Source of the DNA: Podarcis filfolensis
Lineage: Eukaryota
Length of the DNA: 64,000 bases
Assembly: GCA_964270895.1 (NCBI GenBank)
Contig: OZ185435.1
Strand: one strand, 5' to 3'
In this document: positions 60,538-64,000 of the stretch, in pieces
Layout of the letters: each line of letters begins with the position of its first letter
How positions within the stretch are numbered: position 1 is the stretch's first letter
The notes under the pieces: generated by a model
Databases searched by the model: none
What the model saw: the letters and a program-made list of their open reading frames with translations, nothing else
What the model was told of the DNA's origin: nothing
Position numbers and translations under genes: made by a program

Positions 60538-62608
60538 GTAAGGCGAATACTAAGCAACTCCCCATATTGCCATTTGTGGGAAGAGTAGATGCAGCTGCTA
60601 CTACAGCTGAGGACACTTTTGAACCAGTAGATCAGGGAGCTGGAAATTAGATTAGTCTAAAGGCATTGCTTGATTCCTGTTCCCTGGGGCGGTGAGTCTC
60701 CAGCCAGATCTCTCTGCCTGTGACCTTGCCTGGATTTGCAAGCTAAGCACAGCTGAGGAGAGTGGGTGGGTCTCTGCTGCAGGGAAGACCTCCAAGAAAG
60801 GAAGGGCGGTGTCAGCTGGTTCGCCCTGACCTGCAGCCACTGATGGCGCAGCCTGAGTTTCTCTTCTCCCTTGTTATTTCCTTGCTGCTTGCTGACAGGG
60901 CAGCCTCCCTTTTTTCATATCAATTGCTCTTTTTAGGCAGGTATATTGTCTCATTCTTGAAAGTGAAGAAGGTATATCATCTCATGATTTGTTAGTCTTG
61001 CAAACTGGGTATTGCTGCAGTCCCCTGCAACCCACCTTTCTCTACCATGAAAAAAATGACACTGACACAGAGAGGAGCAGGATAATTTGTACTTGGTTTC
61101 CCTGCTGTCCCATAAACCTAGTTTATGTATGGCAGTATCACATATATAATTACAATTGGTGTATATAATGTGAGCAGAACTAGTAGGTTCCACTCAAAAG
61201 ATGTAAAGGGATAAAGTCTAGCTGGAAAATGCTGGAAAAAGAGTATCTGAGCATCTCAAGCTAACAGATGGTGCTAACTTTTTAAAAAATACAGAAAATA
61301 AAAATGAATGTGAAACTGAAGATAATCATGAATAAGCATAGAGGTATTGACTATTGCTCTGCCATCATCATGAATTCGATCTCTCTTATGAATGCCAACT
61401 TAGTACCTGTTTCAGCACAAATATTATTCCTAGGCTAAAAACAAGTAGATGTCACCCACACACAAAAAATAGTGCTGTCATTGACCATGAGTCACTTCTA
61501 ACTATTGTACACTCTTGTATCCCCCTCTCTCAAAGCAACTCTAGAGAGCCATAGCAGAAGATTTTTCCACGCAGTAAAACTTTGCAGTGGTTATGAAATG
61601 CAGTATTCACGCAATAGAAAAGAAGTGCCAAACAAATGGATAAAACCTGTATACTGTATTCATTACCGCTTTTCCTTCTGCAGGGTTCTAAACGTGCTTG
61701 CAAGGGCATCCCATTATTGCAAAACTGACCACTTAAGAAGTCTCCTAAGTATTATTGCCTTGAAGCTTATATGAAATTTCTAGCTAGCCCTTACTTTTGG
61801 AGCGCTTCATCTCCTGCTGATTTGCCTCCTACCTCTGCCTCTTCCCATTTGGTAAAAGCTCATCATCCTGGCCCATTCACCAAGCTGCTTCCTCTGGTCA
61901 ACTCCTGATTGGGAGTTCATGCTCTCTTGTCACACTATTAACTATTTTGAATGGTGCTGCTGAGCCAGTTCTGAGGCGGGACAGTAGGGAGCATGTAAAG
62001 GCTGCAGACAGTCTCTGTTTGGTGTGAAGAGAGGCAACAGGTCTCCAGCCTAAGAGGGAAGGCATGATTGTCGAGTTTAGGGGAAGACCAGAAGGCAAGA
62101 TAATGATAATGATGATGATGATGATGAGGATGATGGGTGTGAGATCAGGCTGTGGAAGCGCAATGCTGTTCGAGAAGTATAAATGAAAGTCCCCATTTAC
62201 GATCCATGTGGTGTGGCCTCCCTTTCTGAAAGCCATTATTGATTGCCTCCTCTCCAAACCTTCCTTGGGGACTGATCAGATAACCTTTTTTTCTCTTGTG
62301 GGTATAGTGGATGCTCTTCCCACTGGCAGTGCTCTTACTCCTGCTTCCATTAGCTAATTTCTGTTTATATGTATCCATCACTTATTCATGATCCATTGGA
62401 TCAATCAGAAGATGCATTTGTTGAAACCTGATTCAAGCCTTATGTGGAGACTGTAGGCCTCCCCCATTGCTGAGACCAGGAGGATAGGTTAGCAATTTTG
62501 ATAAAAGTCTTGTAATGTGGCCATCAAACCACAGGGTAGGGACTTGGTTCTCGGCTCTTTGTTGGCACATGCCAACTGTAGTGGTTCAAAAAACTCTTTC
62601 TCCCCAAG

Positions 62609-62699
62609 AGATGCACCATAATGCCCAGGGTGTTGTACTTCTGCTACCAAAGACAGCAGGACAGGGATCTATCTCCTGCTTTAGATAGTGTACCCCCAG
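62609..62699 (+). CDS. Candidate exon (RCTIMPRVLYFCYQRQQDRDLSPALDSVPP)
   Basis: ctctttctccccaag| acceptor and consensus CAG|GTGAGT donor; one open frame; not linked to the other exons. Confidence 0.25.
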
Positions 62700-63804
62700 G
62701 TGAGTCTTTCACTGTACATCTTCTGCATGGGTAGACTCTGTACATGGGTGAACCAGAGTCAAGAGAAGGACCATCATTCACTTGTAAAGCACACAGAAGG
62801 TCCCACATTTAATTCTTGGTGTTTCTCGTTAAAAGAATTAAACAGCAGATAATGGGTTCTGCCTGAGCTCTGGAGAGCCTCTGCTAGCCATGTTAGCCAA
62901 GACTGCCAAGACTGAGTGACTTCACACTGTATCCTGATTTGTCATCTTATTGTTGTGACTTAACACATCTCCACAAATAAAAAAGTACAGTGCTTACCAT
63001 TGAAATGTGATACAGAAAAGCACGCAGTGAGTAGCCTTTCCCATCACCTCTCAAGTCACAGGCCAGACACCAAATTGAGAGTGGTTGTTTTTTAAAAAAT
63101 GAAAAATCCCAACATTCCCCACCCTTTTCATCTTCTGGTGTTTGAGCTTTTCAAGTACACTGTGCATCAGGGGCATAAGCTGACACATTTTTAGCTCTTG
63201 AGTCAGGATCCCATGAAACTGGAATTTTGCAAGACCCTGAGGTGTCTTCAGGAGAAAGGTTCCTCTGGTACATCTAGTCATGCAGCTCATCTGCAACCAA
63301 GAACAAACATGAGCTAAATCACCATGGAGAGGCATAAAGGAAGCAGGCTCCCTGCATTCATTGCCATAGCTTGCATTGTAGCATCCTGGCTCTCGACCAG
63401 CCCCCCCCCCCCCAGGCTGCCCTTCTGCTGATAACCGCAGTGGCTTTGCAATCAATCCTTCCTCTGTAGGTTTCCCATAAACTAGGCTGGCTCTTCTTGC
63501 CTCATGTTGAAATCTCTTTTGAGGTGGTGCAAAGCTAGACATGATTTGAATGTTGATATTCATCAAGCTGGATATTAAATCTCTTTTGCTAGACTTTTTT
63601 TAAAAGACAAAAATGCTATAAAGATATTCATATGTAGGTCATACTCTCTCCCTATAACATTTCTGTGAAGCCACACAATTTGGTAGTGATGTGGAGTGGA
63701 AAAATGGAGGGGTTGCCTAACCTCTTCACTGATTTGCTGCATCTGTGCTCCAAGCTGCCCTCGTGAGTTGCATTTTCTCCCGCGGGGTTGCAGAACATAT
63801 TGCT

Positions 63805-63964
63805 CAGTGCTTTTTTCCTATTAAAAAAAATGTTTAGGGGTACTTTCATTTTCCTACTCATATTGAAATACTGCCCCTCAATGAGGCCAAACTTAGATTC
63901 ACAAAATGTTTAGGGGTATGCGTACCCTTGCGTTCCGCACCCCCCCCCCAGAAAAAAAGCACTG
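63805..63964. mobile_element. hAT-type MITE
   Basis: TIR CAGTGCTTTTTT...AAAAAAGCACTG; 8-bp flanks ATATTGCT/ATATTGTT. Confidence 0.8.
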
Positions 63965-64000
63965 ATATTGTTGCATTGTATTATTGCAAAGCTGTTAAAA

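Noticed and set aside
1-64000. CRISPR arrays, rRNA, prokaryotic or viral systems, intact autonomous transposons
   Set aside because: No regularly spaced repeat-spacer structure, rRNA-like sequence or intact transposase/RT ORF; the DNA is ordinary vertebrate gene-plus-repeat sequence

Overview
Vertebrate genomic DNA from a squamate, probably a lacertid lizard, judged from near-consensus Sauria-type SINEs plus CR1, L2, Tigger-like, hAT and Harbinger-like elements. Bases 141-27183 (+) hold the anion exchanger AE3 gene SLC4A3. Twenty GT-AG-bounded coding exons splice in frame to the C-terminus ...[10 protein letters not shown]; the first coding exons lie upstream of the window. Its ~9.5 kb intron contains a phase-compatible alternative first exon (6705-6897), positionally equivalent to the mammalian cardiac cAE3 exon. 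Tail-to-tail with SLC4A3 on the minus strand is a gene I cannot name: a 1.2 kb exon plus a terminal exon give about 427 aa with a C-terminal coiled coil. A CpG island at ~49.4-50.25 kb looks like a bidirectional promoter, serving that gene and a second unidentified plus-strand candidate (MDPQLQE|VMFYEQDIHQ...). I found no CRISPR array, rRNA or genuine tRNA gene, and nothing I can support as a new biological system. The best leads are the alternative AE3 N-terminus and the two unnamed neighbouring genes. All exon chains were assembled by hand from splice signals and reading phase; no alignments or database searches were run.
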